Of a stretch of 64,000 nt of DNA, positions 39,925 to 54,300 are shown one piece after another. How positions within the stretch are numbered: the first letter of the stretch is position 1; every line of letters starts with the position of its first letter. The position numbers and the translations under genes are program-made. The notes beneath the pieces were generated by a model. That model worked only from the letters and a program-made list of their open reading frames with translations. It was not told where the DNA came from and searched no databases. Source of the stretch: Eledone cirrhosa (Eukaryota). The stretch lies in NCBI GenBank assembly GCA_964016885.1, contig OZ024741.1, positions 272,738,001 through 272,802,000 of the forward strand, written 5' to 3'.

Positions 39925-40013
<89 letters not shown>

Positions 40014-40058
40014 TGAGTAAGAGAGGGAGATATGCATATATATATATATACATATATA

Positions 40059-40910
40059 CAGGTTGCGAACGATATCTGTTCGCAAGATTACTGTCTAGGA
40101 AAAAATAACAGTAGTTTTATTTTTTAAGATATATTTATCAAACTTGGGTCAGTTTGTCTTCATGACTTGTTCTTTCGATCTCACTCGATAAACTCGCCAT
40201 TGGCTTTGATGACGGCCTCAAGGCGGCCTTGGAACCGGCTACAGGCCTTCGTCACTGTCCCCCGACACTTGTGATCCTGGCCTTCAGATCGTCTTTCGTA
40301 TTGCAGCTAGATCTGTTGGTGTCTCGTTCCACTGCGCCCCACACAAAGAAGTCGAGGGGGTTGCAGTCAGGCGAGCTGGGAGGCCAGATGTCAGGTGAAG
40401 TGTGGTCGACAAAGTTCTCTGACAGCCAGGCTTGGGTCTTTCGGCTGGTATGGCAGGGTGCTGAGTCTTGCTGCCACACGTACAGCCTACCTGCAGCTAC
40501 CTGGTTGATCCAGGGCTTTACTACCTCGCTAAGAATGCGGATGTAGCCATCGGTGTTTAGCTTGAGGCCCTCAGGGAAGAAGTGAGGTGGCATGACATCA
40601 CCTTGACTGCTGACGACACCTAAGTCCGATGTTGTCGCTGGAAACTTTGCCTGCATGACTCTGGGCACGTCTTTGGATGAGACACCATTCTCCTGCTGAT
40701 GCTGAGAAAGTGTGAAATTTCCTTATTTGTCCTCCCGGCGCGGATTCCAAGAAGAACTCCGTGTCTCTTCCACAAATTTGGAAGTTCAAAATTATTCATA
40801 ATCAATTATTCTGAAAATAAATAATGGAAATATAGTCACTGTTTTTATGAAGACAAGAGTGACAACGGAAGTAATAAAAATTTGCATCAACAGATGTCGT
40901 CCGCACCCTG
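40059..40910 (-). mobile_element. Internally deleted Tc1/mariner element, DD37D (maT) type
   Basis: TIRs CAGGTTGCGAACGATATCTGTT / AACAGATGTCGTCCGCACCCTG with TA flanks. ORF 40252-40668 has WQQDSAPCH...WPPSSPDCNPLD with 37 residues between the last two catalytic Asp. Confidence 0.9.
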
Positions 40911-41462
40911 TATATATATTGATTCAATCAATCCTAATTATAATAACTCTTATAAGCAACTAAAAATAAAAGTGCAAAATGCTTTGAGAAATATTAAGGT
41001 GCAATGGTGGCAAGACAAAGCCAAGCAAGGAAAAGAGGCAGTAGAGGACATTAAGGTGTTTTTCTCCTCCATTAAAGAAGTGTGTAGTCCACAGTCCTCT
41101 TATACAGCACCATTAAGAACTATATCCTCTTACACAGCACCATTAAGATATATATATATATTTATATATATAGATGCACACACACACACATATATATATT
41201 TTGACTCCATATAAGAAATCTAGAGTACTTAGTAAAATGCTAGTTGAGGTTGATATAATAATTCCAATAAAGGATTATTGATTACCATAAAAGGCCATGT
41301 TATGAGCAATGGCTAATGATTTGTATGGGAGGCTACATTTAGTTATATAGATTTTATATGTCATGTATTAAGGTGAATATGAAAGAACAAATGACTCCCA
41401 TATATTAATCCACTGGCCAATGAGGCCACACACAGTTACTCACTGATGTATGTATGTATGTA

Positions 41463-43474
41463 TATCTCTTTCTCTTAATTTCGAGTATTTTTTTTGACTG
41501 GCCACCTTCCTGGTGGCAAGGTTGTAAAAGAAAAGAAATTGTCATCCCTTGAATCGCAAGAATGTTTTGCAAATTTTGAAGGTGCCAGCTATCGCAGCCA
41601 TTTGTAGACTATGAATTAGGGAGCTGCGCTTTTTGTCCGCAAATCCAAGTTCAGTCATACTTTGGTCCAAGCGGGTTGGTATATAACCCGTAGCTCCAAT
41701 AATGATGGGTATGAAGCTAAAGGTGTATCTTGGATACTGGATTTGTAAACTCCTCATCAATGGTCCGTAGATGTCCTCCTTCTCCTGTATTTTTCTGACA
41801 ACGTTTACATCAAGTGGGCAGCTGATCTCCACAACAGAACACGTTCTCAATGTGTGGTCCCAAACAACAATATCAGGCCGGCTGTGCTTTAATTTGGTGG
41901 CCGTTTTTATTTTCAGGTTCCACCAGTATTCCTTAGTGCCAGCTGTCTCTATATATTCCTCCTCGTTTGTTGTTAATTTTGTTTTCCGAAGTGCGTTCCA
42001 GATGGTTCTAGCTATCCCTTCGTGTCTCATGGGGAGGTAGTAGCGAGATGACATTCTTTCGCAGCTGGCAACAATGTGGCTTACATCCTCGATCTGTGTT
42101 TTACATAGCCTACATTTATTGTCAGCTGCTGGCCCTCCTCTTTTGTGCAGCAGATATTTGGTAGGGAGTTCTTGTTCCTGTATTGCATAACACAGTAAAA
42201 ACCTCCCAGCCCCACACTGTAAATGTGGTTGGTGTTAGGAAGGGCATCCAGCTGTAGAAAACCCACCATACAGTCCTATGCAAGCAAGACAATCACTCTT
42301 GCCTCAAGTGGGAAAACCCCTGTCCAAACCCATGCAAGCGTGGAACACGGACGTTAAACGTTGATGATGATGATCATGATATCCCTCAAGGTGCGATGTC
42401 ATAAACTTGTCGGAACTCCATGCCAGGCTTTTTGAGTGGTTTATCCCCTCTATGGTCTGTGTTTTACGTCTCAAGTATTCATGCACATGTAAATTGGTCA
42501 ATTTTTTCATCTTGTTTGAACATTGAATAGGATCTTCCGATTTCTCTGGGTGAGAGATTTATATCAGGCTTTATTCCATATCTCTCCTCCAGATCAGTGG
42601 CTATTCTAATGATTTTTTTTTTCATGCTCATAAACCTGGGAAAGATGGTCGCCAACCTTTTTCCTCTGTTGAAGATGTTGCTTCAGTGTTACTATCCAGG
42701 TCTCATATGATGTTAATATTGATTTTAGACCCCGGCCACCTTCCTTGCGTGAGAAGTATAGCCTATCCACATCACCATTGATGTTAAAGTTCCCAGTAAC
42801 ACTGAGAAGTTTGCGAGTTCTAACATCCATCTCACTTAGTTCTTGCAATGACCAGTTCAGCAGGCCAAATGTTGGCGTTAAAATTGGCACAGCATAAGTA
42901 TTGTGGGCAATGTATTTGTTGTACGCTGACAGTTCTGATGACCATATTTTCTTTACTCTTCTGAGGTATTCAGTTCTGGTTCTCTCCTTATTTATGGGTC
43001 CATCATATCTGACATTCTCATCCTGTCCAAGATATCTGTAGTTGTCACCTGACTGTAGAGGTTGTATTGTCAGGCCGTTCATCTCTAGATTTCTAGAGGA
43101 GGGCACAGCTCTTCCACGTTTTACTGCCAAATATGCACACTTGGACTCACCAAATTTCATTTTGATGTCGGTTGAAAATTGTGTAATGAGGTCCAATTGT
43201 TTTTTGATGTCATTGATATTTGGCCCATACAACTTCAGGTCATCAACAAAGAAAAGATGGGAGATACTTCTGGGCCCACTTCTTTGTCCACCTTGTTTCC
43301 TGAGTAGGTAAGATAGTGGATTCAGTGAGAGAACGAAGAGTAGCACTGACAAGCTATCACCCTGAAAGATGCCCTTCTGGTAATGTATCTTATCAGTCTT
43401 AACCTGCTCCTTCTCACCTCTAAGGATCAAATTGGTGTACCAGTTCTTGGTCAGGCATTCAACAGCAGCTACCA
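41463..43474 (-). mobile_element. R4/Dong-like RLE-bearing non-LTR element, 5'-truncated copy 1 (SINE-tail insert at ~42189-42380)
   Basis: GIFQGDSLS, FFVDDLKLYG, YRYLG, RKEGGRGL; C-terminal RHEGIA...RPDIVV...EISCP...KEDIY; 3' end abuts (TATG)n. Confidence 0.85.
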
Positions 43475-43614
43475 ATGTATGTATGTATGTATGTATGTAT
43501 GAATGTATGAATGTATGTATGTATGAATGTATGTATGTATGAATGTATGTATGAATGTATGAATGTATGTATGTAAGTATGTATGAATATATGTATGTAT
43601 GTATGAATGTATGT

Positions 43615-46600
43615 TATCTCTTTCTCTTAATTTCGAGTATATTTTTTTGACCGGCCACGTTCCTGGTGGCAAGGTTGTAAAAGAAAAGAAATTGTCATCC
43701 CTTGAATCGCAAGAATGTTTTGCAAATTTTGAAGGTGCCAGCTATCGCAGCCATTTGTAGACTATGAAATAGGGAGCTGCGCTCTTTGTCCGCAAATCCA
43801 AGTTCAGTCATACTTTGGTCCAAGCGGGTTGGTATATAACCCGTAGCTCCAATAACGATGGGTATGAAGCTAAAGGTGTATCTTGGATACTGGATTTGTA
43901 AACTCGTCATCAATCGTCCGTAGATGTCCTCCTTCTCCTGTATTTTTCTGACAACGTTTACATCAAGTGGGCAGCTGATCTCCACAACAGAACACGTTTT
44001 CAATGTGTGGTCCCAAACAACAATATCAGGCCGGTTGTGCTTTAATTTGGTGGCAGTTTTTATTTTCAGGTTCCACCAGTATTCCTTAGTGCCATCTGTC
44101 TCAATATATTCCTCCTCGTTTGTTGTTAATTTTGTTTTCCGAAGTGCGTTCCAGATGGTTCTAGCTATCCCATCGTGTCTCATGGGGAGGTAGTAGCGAG
44201 ATGACATTCTTTCGCAGCTGGCAACAATGTGGCTTACATCCTCGATCTGTGTTTTACATAGCCTACATTTATTGTCAGCTGATGGCCCTCCCCTTTTGTG
44301 CAGCAGATATTTGGTAGGGAGTTCTTGTTCCTGTATTGCATAACACAGTAAAAACCTCCCAGCCCCACACTGTAAATGTGGTTGGTGTTAGGAAGGGCAT
44401 CCAGCTGTAGAAAACCCACCATACAGTCCTATGCAAGCAAGACAATCACTCTTGCCTCAAGTGGGAAAACCCCTGTCCAAACCCATGCAAGCGTGGAACA
44501 CGGACGTTAAACGTTGATGATGATGATCATGATATCCCTCAAGGTGCGATGTCATAAACTTGTCGGAACTCCATGCCAGGCTTTTTGAGTGGTTTATCCC
44601 CTCTATGGTCTGTGTTTTACGTCTCAAGTATTCATGCACATGTAAATTGGTCAATTTTTTCATCTTGTTTGAACATTGAATAGGATCTTCCGATTTCTCT
44701 GGGTGAGAGATTTATATCAGGCTTTATTCCATATCTCTCCTCCAGATCAGTGGCTATTCTAATGATTTTTTTTTTCATGCTCATAAACCTGGGAAAGATG
44801 GTCGCCAACCTTTTTCCTCTGTTGAAGATGTTGCTTCAGTGTTACTATCCAGGTCTCATATGATGTTAATATTGATTTTAGACCCCAGCCACCTTCCTTG
44901 CGTGAGAAGTATAGCCTATCCACATCACCATTGATGTTAAAGTTCCCAGTAACACTGAGAAGTTTGCGAGTTCTAACATCCATCTCACTTAGTTCTTGCA
45001 ATGACCAGTTCAGCAGGCCAAATGTTGGTGTTAAAATTGGCACAGCATAAGTATTGTGGGCAATGTATTTGTTGTACGCTGACAGTTCTGATGACCATAT
45101 TTTCTTTACTCTTCTGAGGTATTCAGTTCTGGTTCTCTCCTTATTTATGGGTCCATCATATCTGACATTCTCATCCTGTCCAAGATATCTGTAGTTGTCA
45201 CCTGACTGTAGAAGTTGTATTGTCAGGTCGTTCATATCTAGATTTCTAGAGGAGGGCACAGCTCTTCCACATTTTACTGCCAAATATGCACACTTGGACT
45301 CACCAAATTTCATTTTGATGTCTGTTGAAAATTGTGTAATGAGGTCCAATTGTTTCTTCATGTCATTGATATTTGGCCCATACAACTTCAGGTCATCAAC
45401 AAAGAAAAGATGGGAGATACTTCTGGACCCACTTCTTTGTTCACCTTGTTTCCTGAGTAAGTAAGATAGTGGATTTAGTGAGAGAACGAAGAGTAGCACT
45501 GAAAGATGCCCTTCTGGTAATGTACCTTATCAGTCTTAACCTGTTCCTTCTCACCTCTAAGGATCAAATTGGTGTACCAGTTCTTGGTCAGGCGTTCAAC
45601 AGCAGCTACCAGTGGTTGTGGGACTTTGGCTAACTGTAAAGCCTTAATAATCCACCCATGAGGTACACTATCAAATGCTTTTTTGATAGTCCAGCCACAC
45701 CACAGTCATGTTTCTGCGATTCTTTGTTGTTTTTTCTTGAATCATTTCATTTGTTAGTAGGTGATCTATGCAACCCCACACCTCCCTCTTTCGACCAGCT
45801 TGCTCAGGTGTTATAATGTTGTTGGTAGCACAATGATCCTGTAAGAACAGGTTAAGGCACCCAGTATATAATTTATACATGATGTTTTGGCAGGCTATTG
45901 GGCGGTAATTTTTAGCAAGGGTGGTTTGGCTATTTTTGGGAATGAGGAGAGTAGTGGCAGTTGATAACCATTTGGGCAGTTCTTGTGTGACTTTAATGGT
46001 TTCTCTAAACAGCCGTATGAGATCTTGCCGATAGAAAGTGAAATTCTTCAACCAGTATCCTGTTATGAGGTCTGGTCCTGGTGATTTCCTATTCAACATA
46101 TTCTGTAGAGCTGTTTCCAGTATTGACCCATCTATGTAGTATTGTTTTGTCTGGACATGTTGGCAGTAGTCCTGTTCCAGTTCTTTTAGCCATTTAGTTT
46201 GTCTGTTGAATCTGTCATCCGTTTCCCATACAGATCTCCAGTAACTCTCAACCTGCTCTTTTGAAGGGGTGTCATTTACAGAGATTGAGCTTTTGCCACC
46301 GAAGCTGCGATAAACTGATTTAGGATCTCTGGCAAACAATCTATTTAGCACTTGTCGTTTATGTGCTGTTGACTTATATTTTAGTCTTTATGATGTAGCT
46401 GTGAGTTGTTGTTTCAACTGGTGTAATTTAGAGTTTAAAGTTTTAAATTTTGTATCTCTAAATCGTCTCTCTAATTTTTTTTTTTACGTCTTCCTGGTGT
46501 CGTGTGAATTTGCTCTCTATGGTGCATTTCATAAAGACTGCGATGTGTGAGATACTTCGTCTCAGGGACAAAATTTTGCTTTTTAAATTTCGTATCCACA

Positions 46601-46690
46601 CTGGTTCAGGCTTTTTGTTTGAATCTTGATTGCGTGGTTTTAGATGTTTTTTATATGATAGCAATGTGACAGCTGAAACATATAACAAAA
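43615..46690 (-). mobile_element. R4/Dong-like element, longer copy 2 (same insert at ~44342-44533)
   Basis: Near-identical to copy 1 at a 2153-bp offset, then continues with KSPGPD, NYRPIAC and WLDYQK. Confidence 0.87.
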
Positions 46691-46691
46691 T

Positions 46692-47237
46692 GTGTCGAAT
46701 GGGCAGGCTACATCCACAATCAGGCACAATCTTTTTTCCTTGTCCAACACCACCAGGTCAGGTCTATTGTGTTCCAGTTTCTTGTCCATCTGTATCCTAA
46801 AATCCCACAGCACCTTCACTTGATCGTTTTCTATCACTAACTCTGGCTTATGCTCATACCACTTCTCAGAATGTGGTAAATTGTTTACTTTGCATAGGTG
46901 CCAGTGGATCACCCTGCCCATCACATCATGTCTCCAGCCTTTATAGTGAGTCTGGGCTAGGTGTTTACACTCGGATACAATGTGAGCCACAGTCTCCTCT
47001 CTCTCTCCACAGATCCTACACAGTGGGCTAGCCTCCTCCTTGTAAATATGGTGTTTCAGCCACTTCGTTTTGAGGGCCTGCTCTTGCGCAGCCATTAGCA
47101 TTTCTTCTGTAGCCTTTTTAAGGTTTCCTCTTTTCAACCAGTTCCATGTTTGTGGATCTCAGTTTTCTCAAAGAAGGTACAATGAAGGGATTTTTCATGA
47201 AGGTTTCTCTTTCTCCTTGTTGTTATTTCCTCCTTGG
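46692..47237 (-). mobile_element. R4-like 3' fragment, second family (CCHC plus RLE)
   Basis: AAQEQAL...CRICGE..ETVAHIVSEC...RHD...NRPDLVV...DVACP; same family as 57170-58040. Confidence 0.8.
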
Positions 47238-49067
47238 ACAATCACTGGTATTGTAATGGCCTTGAGGTGCCACATTTTCTCAATTTCAATAAGCAGGTCT
47301 TTATATTTTCGTAGCTTGTCAAATTCTTTTGCCGCGATATAGTGATCACATGGGATGCTCATATCTATCAATAAACAGACCTTGTTATGTAGGCACATGG
47401 CTTAGTGGTTAGAGCATTGGCCTTGCAATCGAAAGATTGCGAGTTCAATTCTCAGGCTGGGTGATATGTTGTTTCCTTGAGCAAGACACTTTATTTTCCA
47501 TTGCTCCAGTTTACTCAGCTGTAGAAATGAGATGATAGAGACTGGGGTCCATATCCTTCCACTGCAAAGTGGTCGTGGAGGTGCCACGACAAAAAAGCAC
47601 CCAGCACTCACTGTAAATGAGGTTGGTGTTAGGAAGGGCATCCAGCTGTAGAAATCACGCCAGAATCAGTTCCCGTCCCACCCTTGCAAGCAGGGAAAAG
47701 TGGACGTAAAATGATGATGATGATGATGATGTCAAATTCTTTTGCCGCGATATTGTGATCACATAGGATGCTCATATCTATCAACAAACAGACCTTTTTA
47801 TATTGATCTTTTATAATGATGTCAGGTCTATTTGCTTTTATGGTCCTGTCAGGAAAGTCCTAGAGAATTGTTACTTTTTCTCCTTCAGTTACAGCCTCAG
47901 TGTGATGATTGTACCACTTGTCTTCAGCTTTGATTTTGTAATGCCGACATATTACCCAGTGTAGATATTGGCCAACTCTGTCATGTCTATATTTGTATTC
48001 TACTGGTGCTAAAACTTTACATCCAGAGACTAAGTGATCCTCTGTTTCAACCTCAGCATTGCAGAATTGGCACTTTGGGTTTATTCCGTTTCTCATCACA
48101 TTGGCCTGGTAATTACGAGTCAATAAGCTTTGATCTTGGGCAGCTAAGATGACGCCCTCACTCTCCGCCTTTAGCCCTGAACTACGTAGCCACTGATGGG
48201 TGTGCTTTTGGTCAAGATCAGCTTGTTTGCTATGGGCCACATATTTGCCATGCAGAGGTTTCTGCTCCCAATTTGATGCTAATTGTCCTTGCCCTTTTGC
48301 TTTTGCCAGTGAATTTATGTGCCTAGCAGCATCAGTTGCAACAGTTTCTTTAGTCTGTCCAGCCTGGGTATCAAGCACGAGATCAATAGCATATTTTATG
48401 CTCTCCTTCAAGATAGAATGACGCTTCTTACTTCTCTCATGCTTTTCAACAAGTTTCAGCATACAGTCGTTAGTTGTTTCAAGGTATTTGGACAGTCCAA
48501 TGGTCGTGGTCTTGTAAGCAAGTTCAAATTGGATCAGGCCACGGTCTCCTTGAGTTCTAGGAAGGTAAAGACGATCCACATCTGCTTTTGGGTGGTGCAT
48601 CCTATTACAGGTCAGTAGCTTACGGACTTTGGTGTCGATTCTTTTGATTTCACTCATATTCCAGTTCAACACACCGAAGCTATAAGTGACAACTGGGACT
48701 GCCAAGGAATTTATGGCTAGCACCTTGTTACGAACGTTTAGTTCTGTTCTCAGAACTGCACGTACTCTCCTGTAACATTCTTTCCTTATCCTCTCTTTCA
48801 TACTTGCATGCTGTATGCCAGAGCCCTCATTAATCCCTAAGTATTTATAGGTTTGTTCCTGCTCAAGTTCCTTTATGATTGTTTCAGCCTCCAATTCAAC
48901 TGAGTCTGAGTTGACAAGCTACCCCTTCTTGAAAGTGGCTTTTGCACACTTGTCAAGTCCAAACTCCATCCTGATGTCATCGCTAAAAGTTTTTACTGTC
49001 CGCAAAAGGCCTTCCAGTTCGTCATTATCTTTGCAATATAGCTTCAAATCATCCATATAAAATAGGT
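47238..49067 (-). mobile_element. R4-like fragment, third family, interrupted by a tRNA SINE (47391-47730, + strand)
   Basis: YMDDLK, YKYLG, MHHPKADVDRLY, AAQDQSL, CQFC..H...C, RHD, IDMSIP. Confidence 0.82.
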
Positions 49068-49091
49068 ATTATTATTATTATTATTATTATT

Positions 49092-51312
49092 ACAGTTGCA
49101 TTTATCTTGCTTTATGTTCATACGAGTTATCACAAAGTCACAACCAGTGACCTCAAGAGACAACAAGGTCCGCCATGTTCAAGAAAGAACATACATACAC
49201 ACACATGCATCTTTAGGTGTTTAGACTTGTGATGTACTTATATTGACAGAATCTTCCTTAGTATATGGGCAGTTCCCATTCGTACTATCTTTTGTATTTC
49301 TCCTATATGTGGGTTTCCTGGGATTTGCGATAAGTAATCATTAGACCCCTTAGGTATCATTCCTATAGCGCCTACAACCACTAGTATTGTTTTAGTTCTC
49401 AATTTCCACATTTTTCCAATTTCTATCTCCAGGTCCTTATACTTGCTCAATTTTTCAAATGTTTTTATAGATACATTCTTGTCTCTTGGAACGGACATAT
49501 CAATTAGCAGGCATACCCTATTTTTAAAGTCCTTCAGTATTATATCTGGTCTATTTGCATCTATTTTTCGGTCTGTTTGGATGCTAAAGTTCCACAAGAT
49601 TAAGATGTGGCCTTTTTCAAGTACGGGAGGTGGTTGATGCTCCCATCAATTCTTTTGATGAGGCAGGTCAAAATGCTTACACATTACCCAATGTATGTAT
49701 TGTGCAGCTCTGTCATGCCTGTTTAGGTATTCGGTTGGAGCTATAGGACTGCACATTGAAATTATATGATGAATGGTCTCTGGTTGTTTTTTACATACAC
49801 AGCATAAGGGGTTGCATCCATTTTTTATGATGTTGGCTTGATCATTTTTTTGTTGGCAGACACTGATCTTGTGCTGATATAATCAGTCCTTCAGTCTCCG
49901 ATTTCAGTCCAGAGGATGCCAACCACTGATGGGTTAAAGTTTTGTCAACATCAGGATTGTTAGCTCTTTCTGGGTATTTTCCATACAGAGGCTCTTCTTG
50001 CCATTTCTTAGTCAGTTTCTGTAGCAGTTCTTTCTTTGCAGTTACTTTTACCTGCTTTGCTTTTTCTGTGTTTATCATTTCAGCAGTAAAGGGAACATCT
50101 GAAATTTGTAGTTTATTACTGTATCTTTGTGCATATTTTGTAATGGAGTATGATCTTTTGATGCTTTCATGTTTCAAAACGAGTTTGATCATCCAATCAT
50201 GTGCCTCCCTTAGATATGTAGATAATCCAATTGTTGCAGTTTTCAAAGCAATATCTAACTGGATTAATCCATGTCCTTCTTCTTTCCTAGAGAGAAATAT
50301 TCTATCTCTATCTGCCTTAGGGTGATGCATTCTGTGCATGATTAAGAATTTTCTAATTTTTGTATCAAGCCTACGGATTTCTGTGCTTGACCAGTTGATG
50401 ATATTGTAACTGTAAGTTACTACTGGTATGGCAAGCGGGTTTATGGCATCGATCCTATTCCTTGCATTCAACTCCGTTCTTAAGATTGCTCTAACTCTGC
50501 GGGAACATTCTTTCCTTATCCTTTCCCTCAATGTCGAGTGCTTGATTCTGTTTTCTTCACAAACACCTAGATATTTGTAAATTTCCTCTGATCAAGTTCT
50601 CTTATAACATTCCCCCGATCAAGATTAATGTCTGAACTTCTCAGCAGCTTTCCTCTGGTGAACGTGGCTTTGGTGCATTTATCTAGTCCAAACTCCATAT
50701 TAATATGATCACTGAACTGCTTCACAGTGGATAATAGCCCTTGCAACTGCTCATCATTTTTTGCAAATAGTTTCAGGTCATCCATGTAGAACAAGTGATT
50801 AATGGTTTTGTCATAGACTTTATATCCATGTTTTGTTTCATTGAGCATTTTACTTAATGGTATAAGTGCGATGCAGAATAAAAGCGATGATAAAAAGTCA
50901 GCCTGAAAAATTCCACAATTAATATTAACTTCTCCAGCTTCCAGTGATTTTTTTTCACTGTTCAAAAGGAGTGTCGTTTTCCATGTTTTCAGACTGAATG
51001 ACAGGAACCTCCTGACAACGGGAGATATTTTGAAAATCTCTAAATACTTTTCAATCCAACTGTGTGGCAAACTATCAAATGCTTTTTTGTAATCTATCCA
51101 AGCAATTGATAGATTTTTGTGTCTATTATGACAATCTTCCAGTATCATTTTGTTAATTAAAAGCTGATCTTTACAGCCATATGAGCCTCGTTTATATCCT
51201 TTCTGCTCATTGGGAAATAGATCATTTGTTATCAGGTGATCATATGTATATTCAGTTAGGATTGATGTTAAGATTTTATACGTTGTGGTCAAGAAAGTTA
51301 TCGGTCTGTAAT
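49092..51312 (-). mobile_element. R4/Dong-like fragment, fourth family, 3' end in (TAA)n
   Basis: ORFs 50567-51292, 49842-50531 and 49238-49597: WIDYKKAFD, FYMDDLK, NRPDII, IDMSVP, KLSKYKDL. Confidence 0.85.
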
Positions 51313-51333
51313 TTTATTATTATTATTATTATT

Positions 51334-54300
51334 GGTCTGTTCGGACGTCTTTTTGCTTGCTCCCAGTAAGTCGCTTTATTTACCTGTTATAATTATTTGT
51401 TGTTAAATTGTTCTTGTTGCGTAAGGGATAAAAGCCCTTGGACTTTGCCCTGTGAAGGGGAAAGTATAATATTTGGGCCTTTTGGCCCAAACATCTGAAC
51501 ATTTTACTTAAAAAAAAAAAAAAAAGACATGGCTGAGCGACGACCCCCAGCAATATGTCTGCTGTCATGTAACAACAGCGTAAAAGTTGAGAGGAGGGTT
51601 ACAGAAATTGATACAACAAACACCACCACAAACAACGTGAACAAAGACAACAACACTGAGAACACTAATTTAAAACAAATTACCACACCAACTACAACAA
51701 TAACAGCGACAACCAAAATACAGAAAACAGAAAAAAATGACAACAAATGCAACAACCACTAACAAGAAAATAGAGGATAACACCAACAACAACAATACAA
51801 ATTGCACCGAAAACAACAACAACGGTGGCACCAAAAACACAACCAACTACAACATTGATAACAGCAACAACACTGTTTGTATCAGTAGCAACAGCAACAC
51901 CACCAACAACAAGACAAGAAGCAGCAGTAGCGGCAGCAATAATGGTGCCGCTGAAAAAGGGGCCACTTCTTTCGCAGGTGTGGCCCGAAATATAGAGACA
52001 GTGATAGTCACGGAGGAGGAGATGGCTGCTGCAAGAGCCATAGTGACAAGAAATGACGATAGAGTTTTCCGGAAACCTCCACCCGATTTCTTCAAAGACC
52101 AACAGCTGCGCACGGTGACTTACCACACCATAAACACCATAAGCAAAATGTCACATTGGGTGGAGAGAGCCACAGAGGCTCAAATCCAAAAGGCTTTGGG
52201 GTGCGTCTGGGCACGCAAAACCCACATCACCCGAGGCAAAAAGTACGCCACAGTAGACGTACTTTTCGCCCCCCCCCCCAAGAAGCTAAGTCTCACTCTT
52301 TGGAAACCCTAAAGAGTGAGGAGATAGTCTTGGTGCCCTCCTACCGCGGGCAGAAAATTGTGAGAGTCAAAGTGACCCAGGTTTTGCCCGACGTGCCCAT
52401 ATCTTGGCTGGCCGCATCTGTACTGGCTGGAATCGAGAAGACCACCATACTGCAAATACAGAGAATGGGAAGAGAGAACTGGTCAGGAATAGGCATGCTA
52501 ATACAAACTGACCAGGACAGCATCGAGGCTATCCCAGACATCATAGACCTCAAAGAAGGGCTCCAACTCCCTATAAGCATGGAAGGAAGGCGCCCAAAGT
52601 GCTATCTCTGTAGGCAGAAGGGTCACCTCAGGGCTTTCTGCCCGCAGAAGACAGCCAAGAAGAGGGCCCCCCATCCTTCTGACGCCTGATCCGTTGCTAC
52701 CAAGAGCAGGGCAGGCAACAGAGGCAGAAGACCTTTCCATGGTGAGTAGGAGGGCAACGTCTGTGGAACTCATACCAAGGCCACGGACTACTAAAACAGT
52801 GGCAGCAGTGGTGGCAACACCAACAGTCGCAGTAGTTACACCGGCGGCAAAATCGCCTGAGCGGGCTCCACTACCACCACCAACAGCAGTGGAGCTCATA
52901 CCCCTCCCAGATGCCATGGAATCCGACATGGAAGTGGCAAACGGTCTGCCACAAAAAACAAAAAAACAAAAAAAAACAAAAAAACCCTTAGCTTCACCCT
53001 CCAAAAGCGAAGGCAAACAAAGAGGGGTAAAGGCTGCAAGGAGACTTGCAGCAACGCCACCACCATCACCATCACCACCACAAGCATCACCGCCAACAAC
53101 AACCACACCACCACCACAAGCATCACCACCAACAACAACCACACCACCACCACCACCATCACCAAAAACACCAACATTGCAAACACAACAAAACACATAC
53201 ACCCAGCAGCAACAACAAGAAAACAGCAACAAAACCACCCCTCCCCCCAAAAAGTACACAGCCATAAACATGGCAAATAAAGAACTCTTATAACATAGAA
53301 AGCAGCACATAGACATCACAGAAAAAAATTACTACACCTCACCAACACCAAGAACTCTCCCGAAAAATATAAACATCATTGAAATTAAAATAGAACGTTA
53401 CAAACTTTTAAAAGAAAAATTCTCCAACGCAGTTGGAGACTTCAGAGAGTCGGTTACCAAAAGGATATACACCAACATCATCTTGGAAATACCCATGACC
53501 AGCCAAAGGGGCGGTTCTACTGTCCCTTCCCCACACGATCAAGGTAAGTGATCCTTTCTCACTTACCCCATTTCTCATCCAACATGGCCGTACTTAGAAT
53601 AGGCAGTATAAATGTACGTGGCCTGGGGTCATCTTGGAAGCAGGGTCACCTGCTCAACGACCTCAGGTCAGTAAACATAGATGTGGTGGCAATCAGCGAG
53701 ACCAGAATCTCCGAAGCACGAGCCTTCGCACCAATCTTCGGCTACGATGTATATGCATCTCCCAGCCGTCCAGGATCGGGGGGGGGGGGAGGAGTAGCTG
53801 TGCTTTTTCTGAGAGGCTTGGATCTCGCCATACAGACCATCTTCCTGAACCCAGAAGGTAAGTCGGTGGTTCTGTACGTGACCGGCAGTGAAGGCAATTC
53901 TTTCAGGCTAGTAGCCGTCTACGCCCCAACCGGGACAGGATGGCCAGATTTCTTCAGACCTCTAGAGACCTTTCTTGGGATGTCCCGCTCTTTAGTATTA
54001 GTGGGGGACTGGAACGGTATCTTAAATGCATGCTTGGATTATGTGGGACTAGTAGACAGAGCAGGAGGGTGTAACAGCCTCAACAACCTGCTCAGACGTT
54101 TTGAACTGTCTGACAGGTATCGACTGGATTATCCGAATGTGCCAATGTGGACATGGGCAAACCGCATCGGGTTATCCAGATCGTATTTAGATAGAGTATT
54201 CTGTAGGGAAATAGATAAGGCTAGTGTAGGTTGTCCACAATTTAAAGTAGTCGACTACACGGACCACAAATTCGTGATCTGTGAAGTTGACTTAGATAGA

